Below are positions 47,351-63,218 of a stretch of DNA of 64,000 nucleotides, piece after piece. Under the pieces are notes generated by a model, which was given only the letters and a program-made list of their open reading frames with translations, was not told where the DNA came from and made no database searches. The position numbers were made by a program, and so were the translations under genes. Each line of letters begins with the position of its first letter. Position 1 is the stretch's first letter. Origin of the DNA: Balanoglossus misakiensis (lineage: Eukaryota; Animalia; Hemichordata). The stretch covers positions 12,102,894-12,166,893 of the forward strand of contig CM082589.2 of NCBI GenBank assembly GCA_040954595.2. The letters run 5' to 3'.

Positions 47351-50300
47351 TACAACAGATTATCAACTCAGTGCGAAATCTTGCGAGACCCGGTTAGCCA
47401 TGTGAGATCTCGCAGAGTCTTATGATATTCAGAAAATGGTTGATTAGAAATGACGTTTAATGTCCTCCAAAGAATTTTCTACATGCCCGTATACTTGTCT
47501 CAGAATTATGAAGTGAATCATCTCAAGTAATTTGTTATTTTAAATGACACTGTATCACAAATACTTCACTAAAAACCTCGTTTTCTTTAATCAGATGAAA
47601 TAAGTGAGGAGCCTGCACGCACATCCCGTCTTCTGTGCCCTGCTGGACAATCGTGTTCAGATCCAATGTAAGATCCGCTTGACTGTGGCAATGGTGAATA
47701 TGCTATGGAAGGCGACGGCACATGCACGCCTTGTCCAGCAGGATCCAAGTGTCCAACCATGTCACCCGTAGTTGATTGTTCAACAGTTACTGGTAAGTTG
47801 GGCTGCAAATTACTCTTATGACTTCCCTGTGTTATAGCATGACATACACAGAAAATTAAACTGTTATGCTCATTGGAGTTGATATTGTGATGCACTTTGA
47901 AAAACACAATGATTCCACTGAAGAGGTATTGTACAGTAACACCTGTGATTACGGACATCTCTCTAATAAGGGATCGTTGGACCAAACCAATCGTTCTTTG
48001 AATTTTTTCTGTGATAGGTTCATACTCGCTAGGTTCGGCCAAGTCCTTCTGGTTATGAATGCACAACTACAAATGTCACACAGTGCGCTACAGGGAAGTA
48101 AAGTGTTGAAGGAGGTAAGTCTTGAAATCTCTTTTCTTCTGGTCTCGATTTGAACATGGTTCCACAAGTTGTTTACATCACTTGTAGTTTTACATATTTT
48201 TTTAGTTCAACAGCTATGCTATACATGGTGTCCTGAGAAGTCGACCAGTATGAGAAGTCGGTATCGGCCAGTACGAGAAGTCGGCCTGTGGGAGAGAACC
48301 CTGGTACTTTGTGTTATATATAACTGTTTCACTACGAAATGTTTCCTTGATGTACAGGAGCTGAGATATTTGTACAAATAGCCGATGAATTTTAAAACTG
48401 TCTGTTCACTTTTCATGTACGTCACCGGGGTACGTCAACATCAGTCACCTGCACTTCTTGAGCTGCGCCAGTAGTCTGTTCCTTGTCACGTTTGTTTGTT
48501 TGGTGTTGTCTCAGAAAGTATGAATATACACATACATCTTCTATGTATTTTAGTAGGCTTTGAAACAACTCCCTTTAATCAGAAATGTCACAGGAATTTG
48601 GCGAACAACCTAAGCTCCTTACGCGGATACGGGGATGGGGAACTGGTACGGATGCCAGACGCCATTATTTGAAATGACGCCATTGTGTTGTCAAGAATTT
48701 GGGAAATCCGTCCAAATGAAAATATTTAGTGCAATTATATTTTATTAAGTGTTGTTATAAGTAATCTGGGTCATCACTGCACTATTCGGGTACAAGTTCA
48801 ACAACTGGCCGACTTCTCATACGCGCGTAGTGGCTGACTTCTAATCTGGCCGACTTCTCATGTATTCCTATACATTAGTGAAAATTGGGGAAACTGGTGT
48901 TTTCAGACAACTTATGAAGTCCCTTTCGCAATATTAACTCTAAAACAGCGGGTGATATTCCTTTTAAAATTTAACCAAATAAGCATACTTGAACTCTGTC
49001 ATATCGGCAAAACACTCACTACACAAGCTGCTGTTATTCTACAGACATGACATGTGCTGATTGCGGCGTAGGTAACTACTGTCCAGATGGGTCAGACAGC
49101 CCCATTCCTTGTCCATCAAGTTATTATGCTGACACAGCCACAGAAGTATCCTGTACCCCTTGCGATCCAGGCTGTCAGTGTGCAGCAACATCACCCACTT
49201 GCCTGCACATCAAGAACCTACTCTCTGGGACCATCAACAACATGTACTCCCCTTCTACCAGGTTTGTAGTCGTCTTAGTCGTAAAAACATATTTAAGGTG
49301 TTGGGCACCTCGAAATAAAGGGTCGTCTGATCATGTTAAAATTAATACTGATGATACTATGACTTCTAAACATTTAATCTATGGAATAAAAATTGGGGGT
49401 CAACCATCTAGAGTTTTGAAAAAGCGCCCTTTATCTAGCACCTCTTTCAGATTTTGCCAGGCTCGTAGATTTTTGTAAAATGGCCTCAAAAATAAGAATT
49501 TTGGAAGGTTTGTCATATTTTTTCACCATTGTAGAATCTAAATGTTCTGAATTATTTTATTTTTAGCAATTTTGAGATTGCTTCATGTTCAGTATGATAA
49601 TCGCATGTCAATACAACTGTTACATTAAAGGAAAAGTTCAAATCCGCCTAAAACCACATTGCATTGGTACCTAGTTAAGTTGTCCTCACTTCTGACGCAA
49701 AATTTTGATGTGCAATGCACGTGTCTGTGAAATTGACGAATAAAAAAATTGTATACCAGTGCAAAATTAAAAACTCCCTGTGCAGCCTTCTTGGCAACTG
49801 CATGCTGGGAAAAGTACTCGGATGATGACGAAAAAGTTTCGGGGTTCCGGGTAGTGCTACCCCGGAATACAATGTTGGGTGCAGACTCCAACTATGGAAA
49901 AGAGATGCAGAATGTCATGTGATATAGTAGTGAAAACAAATACACGTTGGTTCACATATTTCAGCTCTCAGCAATCAGGGTGCATTAAAAGGCCTTGATT
50001 GGTGTGATATTCACAATTGATGATTATAAATACTTACAGTTGTATACTGTTTTATTTTGTAAATATTGTGTACATTTGCAGCAATGAATCCGTGCGAACA
50101 CAAACCTTAACCCATGCCGGAATGCTGGTACTTGCCAAGCAATCCAGGGATCTTGTACAGGCGTCACATGTCTATGTGCTGGCTGCTACCTGGGCTTCAC
50201 ATGTGAAACACGTGAGTACAGTACTTTGTCATTTATTAAAAAATCTAAGTGCTGAGGTACATTGTAGTAATAATAGCAGGTGTAGTCATTATCATCATCA

Positions 50301-53300
50301 TCATCATCTTTAAGTCAGTCATATGATCAGTAATAAAAACAGTAAAATCACCAGTATAAAAACATAACAGAGAAATAATGAACGTGTACTGGTGTTACCA
50401 TAGGTAACTGTTGTATAAAATTTTGAATTCCTGTCTTCCAGTTCCTAATCCATGCTTCACTAGTCCTTGTCTCAATGGAGGTACCTGCCAACAACAGGCA
50501 AATTCTTGTACTGCCACCATTGGCATGTGCACAGAGTGTTACTAGGGAAACAGGTGTGAGACAAGTAAGTTTGAATCTATAGCAGTTAATAATGATAATT
50601 ATCATTTTTTTTTATTATGATTTAAACTTCACTGATGTTGTACAAACACAAAAATAGAAATAATAATAATAATAATAATAATTTATTTGTATAGCGTCAG
50701 TATCCACAAAAAATGTGATCAATGACGCTTAAAGCAAAAGTACAATACAACAAATGGCTAAAAAACAGATTTAAAAAGTAAAGTTTTAACATTTGATTTA
50801 AAAACAGATAAGTCTGGTGCCTGGCGAATGGTGAGTGGAAGATTATTCCAAAGAATTGGAGCAGCAACAGTAAAAGCACGATCACCATAACTCTTGGTGC
50901 GTGATCGAACAGGGCAGAGTTTGAACTGATCAGCTGACCTCAAATTGCGACACGGAACATATAGATTAGTCATGCTAGAAAGATAGATTGGACCAAGTTT
51001 ATGAATGGATTTAAAAATGAGAACTAACATCTTAAAAACAATACGCTCTGTAACAGGTAGCCAGTGCAACTGATACAAAATTGGAGTGATGTGACAGGTG
51101 ATTTTTGAACGAGTAACAATTAGAAAGGGACAGCAGCTTAGCTCTATTCCTTTTCCAAAGTGTTTGTTCTTTTAAACTACCTGTTTTTTATTTATTCTGA
51201 TTATGCTAATATGCTAATTTGTCGGTTTGTCACATCACAATTTTTGTAGGAAACTCACCCCTGGGAATTTTTTTCAGCCACTGACATACATTCATAATCA
51301 CATGACATTGATGATCATGGAAAATTTGACCCTTTTCCTTGTAGGACTCAACCAGTGTCCACCAAATCCGTGCCAGAATGGTGGCTTCTGTCAACCGGCT
51401 CGAAATTCCTGCTTTGATCTCACCTGCATATGTACTGGTTGCTACAAAGGTGATAGGTGTGAGATATGTAAGTATACAGCGCAGTCTCTTTTACCTTTTG
51501 TCTCTGATGCATTCAAATACTGCATGTTTCCTGAGCATAGGTGTAGCCATCACCACAGCAGAGCTTGGAGCGTTCTTGACATCGAATGCAAGATTACACT
51601 CTTCCCAATCAAAATCACTTTCGTAGCGCATAATGTCTTGATTGTCTTAGTTCAAGAAACATTATGCGCGACTGGCCAATTTTACAGCCTTTTGTCAACG
51701 CACATCCACTATGGAAATTCTCACTCCAGGCCAGATAGTGTAAATTTACATATGAGTCTACAGGTATGCTTGAAGTCAAGTCAAGCATTTGCAAGGAACC
51801 CTCCTCCAGTACACAGGTCTTTGATTTCATGAAGGGAAGCCCTTGCCTCACAGTCACTGCCACATGATCTATGGAGGTGTGAACAACTTGATACCAGCCT
51901 AATATAAGTTGTAGGCACAATCACTCCACACACCCTTGCCATAATTCTGCAAGGTTTTTGCCATATCTGTACTGTAGAATGAGTAGCAAGGAATAAAATG
52001 GCGTCCTTTCTTAATTTCCAGTGCAAAACCCCTGTGATCCCAACCCATGTATGAATGGTGGATTTTGCCAGCAAACATCGTGCAATTTCTATTCATGCCA
52101 GTGTGTGAACTCTTACACAGGTGACATCTGTCAAACCATAGACCCTAGAGAAAGAAGGACGAGCAACTGCGGCAAAGATCAAAGGGTTTGGGGATTATCT
52201 GTATGATGATGTTCTTTTGCATATAATTAACACCCAGGACAGTTGGACAATGACTTCCTTACTTCGGCACGTGTCGACCCCACCAGTGATGCGAAAACTT
52301 GCCACCAAACTGACACTCCTGCATTTCAGCAGCCACTGCGTTTTTTTCTAAAATTCTAAAAGTATTACGATGTCTGTGCTAATTATTATGGTCGTCTGTC
52401 GGATGAACGGTCATTTCTAGTGCCACAAGCTTCATTTAAAAATTGTAAACAAATCATCCATGCCAAATTCCTGTTTAACTTGTGCAGATGTGTTCCATAA
52501 ATGATTGCTGCGTTCAACCACGTTGCAGTTTTCTCGTCTTCTGCGAGATGTTCTAAGGTGTTTGTGATAACTTCACGCAAAACGCGAGACTTTGCGTTAG
52601 TTTATACACAGTTTATTTGCAAATTGGATTATTGGGATTTACCTGGAAATAATGTATGCAAAAGAACATCATTTCAAGAAAAAACTGGAGTTGCGCGTCC
52701 TTCTTGCATGTCCGACTGGGCACTCATATTTCTTGGTAACGCTGACACTTTTCGTAATAATTTTATGTTTGCGTGAAGCATTGAAACAAAAATTGTGGTT
52801 TAGGGGCATTTTATTTCGCAGTGCGTGAACAATAAAACAGATTTCACGAAAACAATTTATAAACAAACTGGCTGGATTTTCATGTGTGCGCTATTGCCGC
52901 CAGGCAACCCTCGGTACGGTTAGCTCACAGCCTTGTGAAATACCCGGACTGTTAGACAAAAGATGCTTGTTTTGGACGCTGTCAGACTCAGAGGTGCCAA
53001 ATTCCTGTTTAACTTGTGCAGATGTGTTCCATAAATGATTGCTGCGTTCAACCACGTTGCAGTTTTCTCGTCTTCTGCGAGATGTTCTAAGGTGTTTGTG
53101 ATAACTTCACGCAAAACGCGAGACTTTGCGTTAGTTTATACACAGTTTATTTGCAAATTGGATTATTGGGATTTACCTGGAAATAATGTATGCAAAAGAA
53201 CATCATTTCAAGAAAAAACTGGAGTTGCGCGTCCTTCTTGCATGTCCGACTGGGCACTCATATTTCTTGGTAACGCTGACACTTTTCGTAATAATTTTAT

Positions 53301-56300
53301 GTTTGCGTGAAGCATTGAAACAAAAATTGTGGTTTAGGGGCATTTTATTTCGCAGTGCGTGAACAATAAAACAGATTTCACGAAAACAATTTATAAACAA
53401 ACTGGCTGGATTTTCATGTGTGCGCTATTGCCGCCAGGCAACCCTCGGTACGGTTAGCTCACAGCCTTGTGAAATACCCGGACTGTTAGACAAAAGATGC
53501 TTGTTTTGGACGCTGTCAGACTCAGAGGTGCCAAATTCCTGTTTAACTTGTGCAGATGTGTTCCATAAATGATTGCTGCGTTCAACCACGTTGCAGTTTT
53601 CTCGTCTTCTGCGAGATGTTCTAAGGTGTTTGTGATAACTTCACGCAAAACGCGAGACTTTGCGTTAGTTTATACACAGTTTATTTGCAAATTGGATTAT
53701 TGGGATTTACCTGGAAATAATGTATGCAAAAGAACATCATTTCAAGAAAAAACTGGAGTTGCGCGTCCTTCTTTCTCTAGGGTCCATGGTCAAACAAGTG
53801 AGTATATACTTTCAAGACACCCTGCAAACAAACAAGCAATCTTTATTCCGTAGATCTTTAAGCATATTTATGCATTGTATATTTTGATGTGAAACTTCAA
53901 ATTTTATTGGTCTTGTTGCCAAACTTCTGAAGAAATGAGGATATTGTTTTGAAGGGTATTTTATCAGTAGATAACAAATACCATGGCCCTCCATGCAAAT
54001 ACCCACATGGTAAATTAAAACTGTTACAGGTGTATTTGATTTAAGCAATAAAACACCCCCAGCCATGGTATGCCACGAGATTTTGACCAGTTCACGACAT
54101 ATACGCACGAGCGATAGCGAGTGCGTATATGGAGTTGAACTGGTCAAAATTGAGTGGTATACCATGGCTGGGGGTGTTTTATTGCTATTATATTATGCCA
54201 GTATATTGAAACTTTGCATAAAACATTTTAAAAAGGCATTTTCTTTGACTATGATATATGACTGTGGTATATGGCTAATATATCACGGTCACATGTCGTG
54301 TCTCGACCAATCAAATAGCGTGATTTACACCATCAATATACTGGTATAATATAATTCCACATATGGATTACATGTGGGATAATATTGGGTGCTGGCAGTT
54401 TCAGTAAATGAACTGCTCTTAAAAGTTGGGTGTCAGGGCACCCTTGACTTCTTATTGTTCAGTTATACATTTAGGAGGCTCAGTTATAGGAGAACCCGAT
54501 AGAACCACAGCTGTAGGAATTAGGGAAATGGTCATACCCTAAAAAACTTATGTCACTACTATTTTTTTTTCATGCCATTGAAACAGAACAAACTCCATGT
54601 AGGCCAAGTCCATGCCTGAACAATGGGCGGTGTACTCAGCTGTCTTGTACAACTTATGAGTGTACTTGTCCAGGATGTTTCACCGGCACACACTGCAGCC
54701 AGTGTAAAACTCATTAAAACAAACATTTGTCATGCAGGAACTAACATTTACAATCATGTCTCAATACATTGTCTGTTGGTCATACTTTATATTTTCATCT
54801 TCAGCATCACACCTTGGTCCTTGGGAATCGGTCACCTCAAAAATGATGTACAGCTGAAAGAAAACATGTTTATTTGAAGAAAAAACTGTTGATCGTTCAT
54901 GAAAATTTTCCCTACACAAGATACATATACAGAGATTTTCATAGCCCCATAAGTGCGTCCCAGAATGAGCAAGTTGTTTTTGGAAGTGAAGTTCCGTTCA
55001 GTATTTACAGTAATGGTAATGATGATGTTTTCATCAAACAGATTTTGAAAGTAAATATTGCTGAGATAACATTAGGTTGCACTTTTTATTGCAGTCCAAG
55101 ATCCAGGCCAGCGAAACAGCTGTCTCAACGGGGCTGTATGTAATGCAGTGGCCAACTCCTGCACGGCATATACCTGTGCCTGTACTGGTTGCTATGAGGG
55201 TAACCGTTGTGAAATATGTAAGTTTCTGACGTACCGTAAATGACAATCTTTTGGGCACTTTCTCTTCATGGCAATTGAATTGTGTGGTAACTTCTCATTT
55301 CTAAAATTTCCCCAAGAGAAAAGAAAGGAAAAGGAAACAGAAATTTCATTTGTATGTCCGTGCAATTTAGGATAGGCACGAACTTGTGAGGAAGTGTACG
55401 AAGTTGGATGTTTTCATCACTCAAATATACAAGAGTTGCCTCTTGAAGACTAGTGTCTGTAGAGATAATTGTGCATGTGAGGTAATCTCTCCTAAGGTGG
55501 TGCACACCTCTTAGTATTAAGTAAAAGAGACGTCCTTAATTATCCTTACTATTTGGCTTGAAAAATCAATCTTACTAGGTGTTCTGATTAGAGAGGTGTC
55601 CATAAAGACAGGTTTTACTGTATTACCCAAAATAGAGACATTGTCCCTTCATCATATACTTAATGCGTGTTCTGGGTATGGTTCCAGTATAATGCTTGTG
55701 TCAAAGGATTTTGTTGTGGTGCAGGAATCATCTTTGGTTGAGGTGTAGCCATCTGCATTTCATGTGTTTTAAACTATTTTTTTTTCTGATTGTCATTAAC
55801 CCATGTGATCAGAATCCGTGTCAAAATGGAGGCTATTGTTCCAAAACACCAAATTCTTATACTGACTACACCTGTTACTGCCAGTAGTGTTGGACTGGGG
55901 CCATCTGTGCCGTAGGTGTGTCGAATTACTGTTTTATGACACAGCGTGGTATATAAACCCTCATTTTTGGTATTCTCAATGTGATAGATGGACCCATACA
56001 CCAATAAATGGGGTGGAAGCATTACTAAGTTTCATCCTTTCAAAATTTGCTGATGTAGGGTCAAAATTGAGTGTGAGGTGCATGTTAAAAAGGAAAGCCT
56101 TCTGTATCATGTTGATGGCACATTTTTTTAATTTTTCAAGATTCTTACAGAAAAATCCTAGCAATAGCATCATTATGTTATTTTAAATGTAAAGGTTTGA
56201 AACAAGGAATAAAGACATTGCTCACATATTTAAACGAAATGAACATCACAAGTACATGTACAAGTTTTTGACAAGCAGGTAATTGATACTTTCCTTTTTG

Positions 56301-59300
56301 TTTTGGCAGCCATTGATCAGTTATACCCTATGCCTTGTCAAAATGGTGGCACATGCGTTGCGTGAGACGGCTGTTTCCTGTTTGACTGTATGTGTACCGA
56401 ATGCTTCACTGGTGCCACATGTACAATGCGTAAGTACTAACCAATATTATTTTATTCAATGCAAAACACTTGTTATATATTATATAATATAAGTACGGTA
56501 CACATATTAAAGCCCTGGTAACTCAAACTTTGGGCTAGCTTAATGTTATCACTATTTTTGTTTTCGGTTGCAACTGTGGTTTCTTGTCACACTCTAAAGG
56601 ATTTCACAGCATTTGGTTTTTCAAAACAGCCCTTTGGTTGTTGTCATGTATACATGTACATGACTGTGGAGTGTAGTTTGTAGATTCTGTAATTTTGACA
56701 ATATCTTGACTGCACATCCCACAGCTGTCAACCAGTGTCAACCCATCCAGTGTCGGAATGGTGGAAACTGTGTGCTGACGCCCAATTGGTGTACTGAATT
56801 CACATGCTCCTGTACAAGCTGTTACTCCGGCGATTTATGTCAGACATGTGAGTGATTTTAAATTTCAGATGAAGAGGAACATAATAACATAACACATAAT
56901 CGGCTTGCAGTTGGTTTCTTCCAACCTGTATCAAACAGTGAATAACGACACAATTTTGGGGAAATTTATTAAGAATGTGTGTGCCATAAAAGGGGATTGT
57001 GTATTTGACCAAATAACAACCTGCACCGTATGGTACACTAAGACACTATTACACCTGTGTCAAAATTTCATTACGTTTCTTTTGTTGAACATGGAAGAAA
57101 TTTGTCACAGTGATGTTCTGTTGACCAACTGAGATTTTTACCACTCAACCCTGACTGCACAAATCTGTTTAAAGTATATGTAGTAAATATTAACTGTACA
57201 CAATTTATATCACTTTCTCTTCTGTGCACAGATTTGAATCCGTGTCAGCCCAACCCTTGTCTAAACAGTGGATTCTGCCAGCAAGTGTCCTGCACCGAGT
57301 TCAGATGCCAGAGTCCACGCTGTTTCATCGGAACCACGTGCGCTGAACGTAAGCAAACCAGTGTCAGATTTCCCGCACAAAGTAGAAATCGCTGGGCTTT
57401 GTCATTGATATTGTCTCAATAAAGTTGCCTGTGATTGTGCAGCTAACCAAGAGACTTATATGCACTACGGTAGCCATGATGAATACTTTCATTGACTCAA
57501 ATGCTCATCAGTGTAGATGTTGCTATTTTTCCAACCGTAAATTGAAACATCAGAAAGTTATGACATCAACTACCCCCACCCCCACCCCACCCACCCCCAA
57601 CTAGTAAATATTATAAGATTCAGTAATTATGGTAAAGATGGTAGCACCAAGCTTGGATCAAGTGGTCTTCATTATCCTTCACACATGAACATGATCACAC
57701 GGATGTGCAATCTTCTGACAGTCTGCTACAGATTTCACTTCCCACTCAAGTGTGTAAGACCCTAATGTGATACTTTTCATTTAGCTCACCCTTAGCGATC
57801 AACCAGTGTCTTCTAAACCCATGTCTGAATAACGGAGTGTATCAGCCACTTCAAGGCTCCTGCTCAATCTACACCTGCAACTGTCCAACCTGCTACACTG
57901 GGCAAACATGTGTTACATGTAAGTCACAAGTTTTTAGGTCCCATTGGTATGTACCATAGGAAGTTATGGGATTGGTTACGTCTGTATGTATGGATGGATG
58001 GATGGATGTATGTCTGTATGTCCGTCCACATGAAAAACTTGAAAACCGCAGCGCGTATGACCTCGATATTTGGCGTGTAGATGCAGGCAGGGCTGTAGAT
58101 GGGAGTTTGTTCAAATGAAGATGTCATTGCCAAAAATATGCAAATTAGCTGGGAAAATGTGAAATTGGTCAAAACTCAAAAAACTGGACAACCACTGGTC
58201 ATATTGATTTGAAAAATGGTATGCATGTACCTTATATCAACCTCATACAACCCTGTATGTTTTGAGCTAATATTATCGATTTCCTATTTTTTTTGCATTT
58301 TTTTGTATTTTTCCATGTTATTGGTAAAAGTCTTTGAAATTTAGTATGAAGCCTCCTAATGTTGTCTAAGTAACCATAGTTTTGTTCAAATTGTTGCAAA
58401 ATTTGCATATCTATAATTTTGAGCATTATTTGCCATTTTTGGTCAAAAAATGTTTTTCTTTAAAACCTCATGCCAGATTGCTTTGCAATTTGGTAGGCAT
58501 GTTCGTAGGGGTAACCTAAATAATATGTTGTAAAAAATGTGATATTTGCATAAATGTGTTATCGGGGAAACTTTTGCAATTTTTGTCAAAAATTGTTTTC
58601 ACTGAAACCGCTTGTCCTATTGCATTGAACTTAGGCAGCATGTTCCTTGTAGTGATTGAAGTAAGATATTGTACAATTTTGGTGATATTTTCATATTTGT
58701 GTTTTTGCCACTTTTGAACAAATATTTTCTGTGAAACTGCTTGTTGGATTGCTTTGAAATTAGTTTTTTCTCTGATTGCTTTGAAATTTAGGATATAATT
58801 TCATAACACATACCTGTATATGTGCAACTTTTATTCAATTCTGAGATCAGAAAGATTAAATATTTAGCGAGTTTTTTTGGTAAGTTTCTTTGTTTTTGGT
58901 TAGCAAATCTTCTCCTAAACAAATTGTCCAGTTGTTTTTAAAGTTACTATTTACAAGGAGTTGTTACCTCGAACAAAGACATGTTTACATAACTTAAATA
59001 GGCCAGCTGTTACAGAGACCACCAGCTATCACATTTTAATTACCAGTGGCAGGTCAGTGTGTGTCTGTTCCAGGGCTGACTGAAAGAAGTTGCTTCGCAT
59101 ATGTGTTTGTGTACAGACAATTTTTGGTCAATTTTTTTTTCTAGCACCACTTGTAAGACTGCCATGACACATGACAGTTTATTGGGCATGTTCCTTGTTA
59201 ATGTTTTTACATTGCATATTTCTATATGGTCAGATCATAAGTGCTTGCAAATGTCACCTGTAATTTTTATTCTGCTGTGTCACTGTTTCCGCATAATCCT

Positions 59301-59974
59301 CAAATGTCATCAGATCTCCGAATGTGATGAAAACAGTGTGTTTTGAGTGGGTTTTTTTAATGACCTTTTGGGTTAAAAGTGGCAAAAATGGCAATTTTGT
59401 CTTCAAAGGGGTCAATAAGACTGACTTTTTTGGAATCAGCACCATTTTTTACATTGAATGGACTAGTCTGCTCAAACTTTCCTTACCAAAAATTATGTTT
59501 AATCTTCTGTAACATGTATACTAGTGTACATGTAGCTGCCTGATAGTTTGCCCTGTGTGTGTAATTGCTGAGTGACATAACGCATTCTGTGATTGATGCA
59601 GTCACCTAACCACCAATCGAACGATTGTTATAAGGAGAACTGCACGACCTTTAACCGCATTAGCATACCTGATTTTTAGGGCTCGATATTACCTCTGAGG
59701 ACGCAATATTTAAGTTGAAGTTTTTTTATTTTATCATATTAGAGCAAGAAGACTTGTCTTTTATGTAAAAGAAATAGACCCTAATATACAGAGTGCATTT
59801 TGAAACGATAGGCAGTTCCGGCCCATAGCCTAATTCTTCATTTTTCTGTCATGCGTAGGAATTGATTAGTGCTAACAACCCATGTCAAAATGGCAGCACT
59901 TGCCAACCCTAACCTCGTGTGTGGCATTGACGTGCACCTGCCAAGGATGCTTTACTGGGAGCGCTGTGAAAATT
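46693..59974 (+). pseudogene. Copy 2 of the Cys-rich + 12-EGF exon array (EGF exons 50082-59974)
   Basis: Same exons and the same disabling stops as copy 1. Confidence 0.88.
54041..54354. mobile_element. 314-bp Crypton-like double-hairpin element, present only in copy 2
   Basis: Starts ttaagcaataaaac. 27-bp perfect IR gcaataaaacacccccagccatggtat; second IR tattat(g/a)ccagtatattga. Empty site tttgat|ttccac at ~38926. Confidence 0.75.
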
Positions 59975-62118
59975 GTCAGTCAGTTTCTTTTGTCAAATTA
60001 ATCAATATGTGTGGGACTGCTATACATGTATATAAAACAGAATACTGCGATGGAAAATTCTATAACTTAATGTTTCAGTGGATATATGACTTAAAGTTAG
60101 CAGTATGCAGTGAATTCAACAGAAAGTGTAATTTCCTCTTGTGTGAGCTCTGTGCGACTGTGCCAATGAAAATCTCACCACAAACAAAAATGACAGGTAT
60201 ACACTGTATATTAGCAGCTTTGTCTCTGTAATAGCCATAGTGTTTTGAAGTTGAAAACTTGCAAAGTGTGCAGTTTTATTCACACTACAAAGGAAACATT
60301 GTTGAAACGGATTATCTGTGTACATTGTCAAACTGTACACTTGTCGCGAGATTTATTCTCAATTATATTACTAGTATATCATGCTACCGTCTGCAACTCT
60401 GATTGGACGAGAGCTAAATCCAGCGATGCTAAAATACTCAATAATGCACTGCTGGCAGTGGTAAAACGGGCTTTCTGTTTGCCACATGGGTTTGTTCTTT
60501 AGGTTGTTGTATGTGTTTACACCCATCATGTTTATTGTAGAACCAGGGTCGATCAGTGAGGCAACTGCTGTTTGTTCTATCTGCACTGTTACTCGAGGCC
60601 TCCTGCCATTTGATTGTTGTACAGTGAAGCAGTATTCATCTCCCGAGCTGTCTTCCACTTTATGCACAGCTTTGACAGTTTTATCCTTGTCTACCCTATT
60701 TGCCTTGCCTTTTGAATGGTAGCATTTGGCTAAATGGTTAGGTTTGCCACACTTCCTGCATGACTTGCCTTTAGCTGGACATACTGAGTCATGTGGTACC
60801 ATTATTAAAATAGGGGCCAGTCATCAAAACGTAAGTGAGCCAAAAAACTACAGGTCAGATAAATTGTTTTCTCGTAAATTCAACATTAGAATCAAATTTG
60901 GCGTTGGAAACAAACGGCGGGTCGCCAGTTCCTGGTCTGGAGGCTGGTAGAGTCACGTCTTGAAGACTGGCCCCTATTTTAATAATGGCATTGTCATGAC
61001 CGGCCAACCTTTGACCTTGGAGACCACAATGTAGAGCTATCGATCAGCTTTTCGCGTTTCAATCAAACATTGCAATCACGGGCTAAAATCACTAACTAGT
61101 TGATACCTTTTTCGGTGTTTCATCTAACCTTTGAAAGGAGTATAATAAAAATGAAATGACCGCACATAATGTGCATTTCTTGTTCACGTGTGGGGACTAT
61201 ATGTGTGCGTAATGATCCAAATGCAAGGGGTCGTGTGAACAGGCCTTAAATAATGAGTTTGCGTTAAATAATGAGTTTGCGTTAAATAATAAGTTGACAA
61301 ACGGCGCGAGTGCATTTTTTCATGGTTTAGAAATCACTTATTTATATATAATTCATTATATAATGTAAATCACTCATGATATATATATAATAGACTTGCA
61401 CTTAAATTATTTATAAATCACTCATGATATATATATAATACACTTAAAAATTTTTTATTTATAAATAATTAATTATATATAAATAATTATGTACATCACT
61501 CATGATATATATATAATAGACTGACACTGACATTGTTTATAAATAATTTATTATATATAAATAAAAGAGCATAAAATACATTTTATGTATATAATTGAAT
61601 CGACTTGAAATTATTTATAAATAAATTGTCAGGACTTAAATGGTTTGCAAATCTATAATTACATACATATAAGTATGTTAAATAACGACTTTTGAACAAA
61701 TAATTTAGCTAAATAATAAGTTAACACATGGCACCCCATACAAACATTACGTCCAGTCCAAATATTCTGCCAATTTTACATCCAATGCATTCAAATAGTG
61801 GACTGCTTCGCTTTCATCAAGTTTTCATGTGCATCGTATAAGTAGACTTTTGTTTTGTCCCGTCTTTTCACCGAATTTGCTCTTTTCCAAATCTCCGACA
61901 CAGACTATGATCGTCACATTCTTGTCTGTTGTTAGAACAGCACACTGCCATATGGCATTGACTGTATACAGTTTCTGTTACCAATATCTCTGGTTTGGCA
62001 TTTTCCTGTCCTCAATCTTTTGCCAGGGATTTTTGTGTCCCCAACCCGCGTGAGAATCCCACGTCTTTGAAGGTATGACTGTGACTATAAGATTCTATAA
62101 ATCTCTGTTTATTTTCAG

Positions 62119-62744
62119 CACAAACATCATGTGCTGATTGCCCAGCTGGTAACCAATGTCCAAATGGTAACACTGTGATTTTATGCTCGGCTGGTTATTA
62201 CAGTTCGGCCTTGGACAAAGGATGTCTCGCTGTACCTCTTGCATAACAGGTAAACTTCTACCCACCAACCTTTATTTCCAACATCAAACATTAGGTCAGG
62301 TAATTTACTAACTGAAAAATAGGATGGGAACATTTTCCATTTCTGTATTTAAAATTTACTGATATAATATATGAATGAAAAAATGACAATTTTTCCAAAT
62401 TTGAATAGACCTCTATTTATGAAAATAATTAAAATTTGCGCCAATTTTTTACAGTGGTATTCAAAGGTTAACTTGGTGTGTATATTCTTTGTTTGATTTA
62501 CAGATCAGCCGGTGCTGAACAGTGTACTATTTGTGAGCAAGGGTACGCCTGCACAGATCCCAGTGCATCGCAATTCAAGTGTACCAAGGGTTACGTGTCA
62601 TTGGCTGGTGCAACAAACTGTACCAGATGTACAAATGGTAAGATTGTGGTACTTGTTCAGTTTGCTGTGTGATGAAACTGAGTGGTATGTGTGTATGCAT
62701 GTATGTGTTTACAACAGATTTTCAAGTCAGTGCGACTGGGGTTA

Positions 62745-62776
<32 letters not shown>

Positions 62777-63218
62777 TACAACAGATTATCAACTCAGTGC
62801 GAAATCTTGCGAGACCCGGTTAGCCATGTGAGATCTCGCAGAGTCTTATGATATTCAGAAAATGGTTGATTAGAAATGACGTTTAATGTCCTCCAAAGAA
62901 TTTTCTACATGCCCGTATACTTGTCTCAGAATTATGAAGTGAATCATCTCAAGTAATTTGTTATTTTAAATGACACTGTATCACAAATACTTCACTAAAA
63001 ACCTCATTTTCTTTAATCAGATGAAATAAGTGAGGAGCCTGCACGCACATCCCGTCTTCTGTGCCCTGCTGGACAATCGTGTTCAGATCCAATGTAAGAT
63101 CCGCTTGACTGTGGCAATGGTGAATATGCTATGGAAGGCGACGGCACATGCACGCCTTGTCCAGCAGGATCCAAGTGTCCAACCATGTCACCCGTAGTTG
63201 ATTGTTCAACAGTTACTG
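62119..63218 (+). pseudogene. Copy 3 (partial) of the Cys-rich exons
   Basis: Same three exons as 46693-47792, including the TAA stop. Confidence 0.85.
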
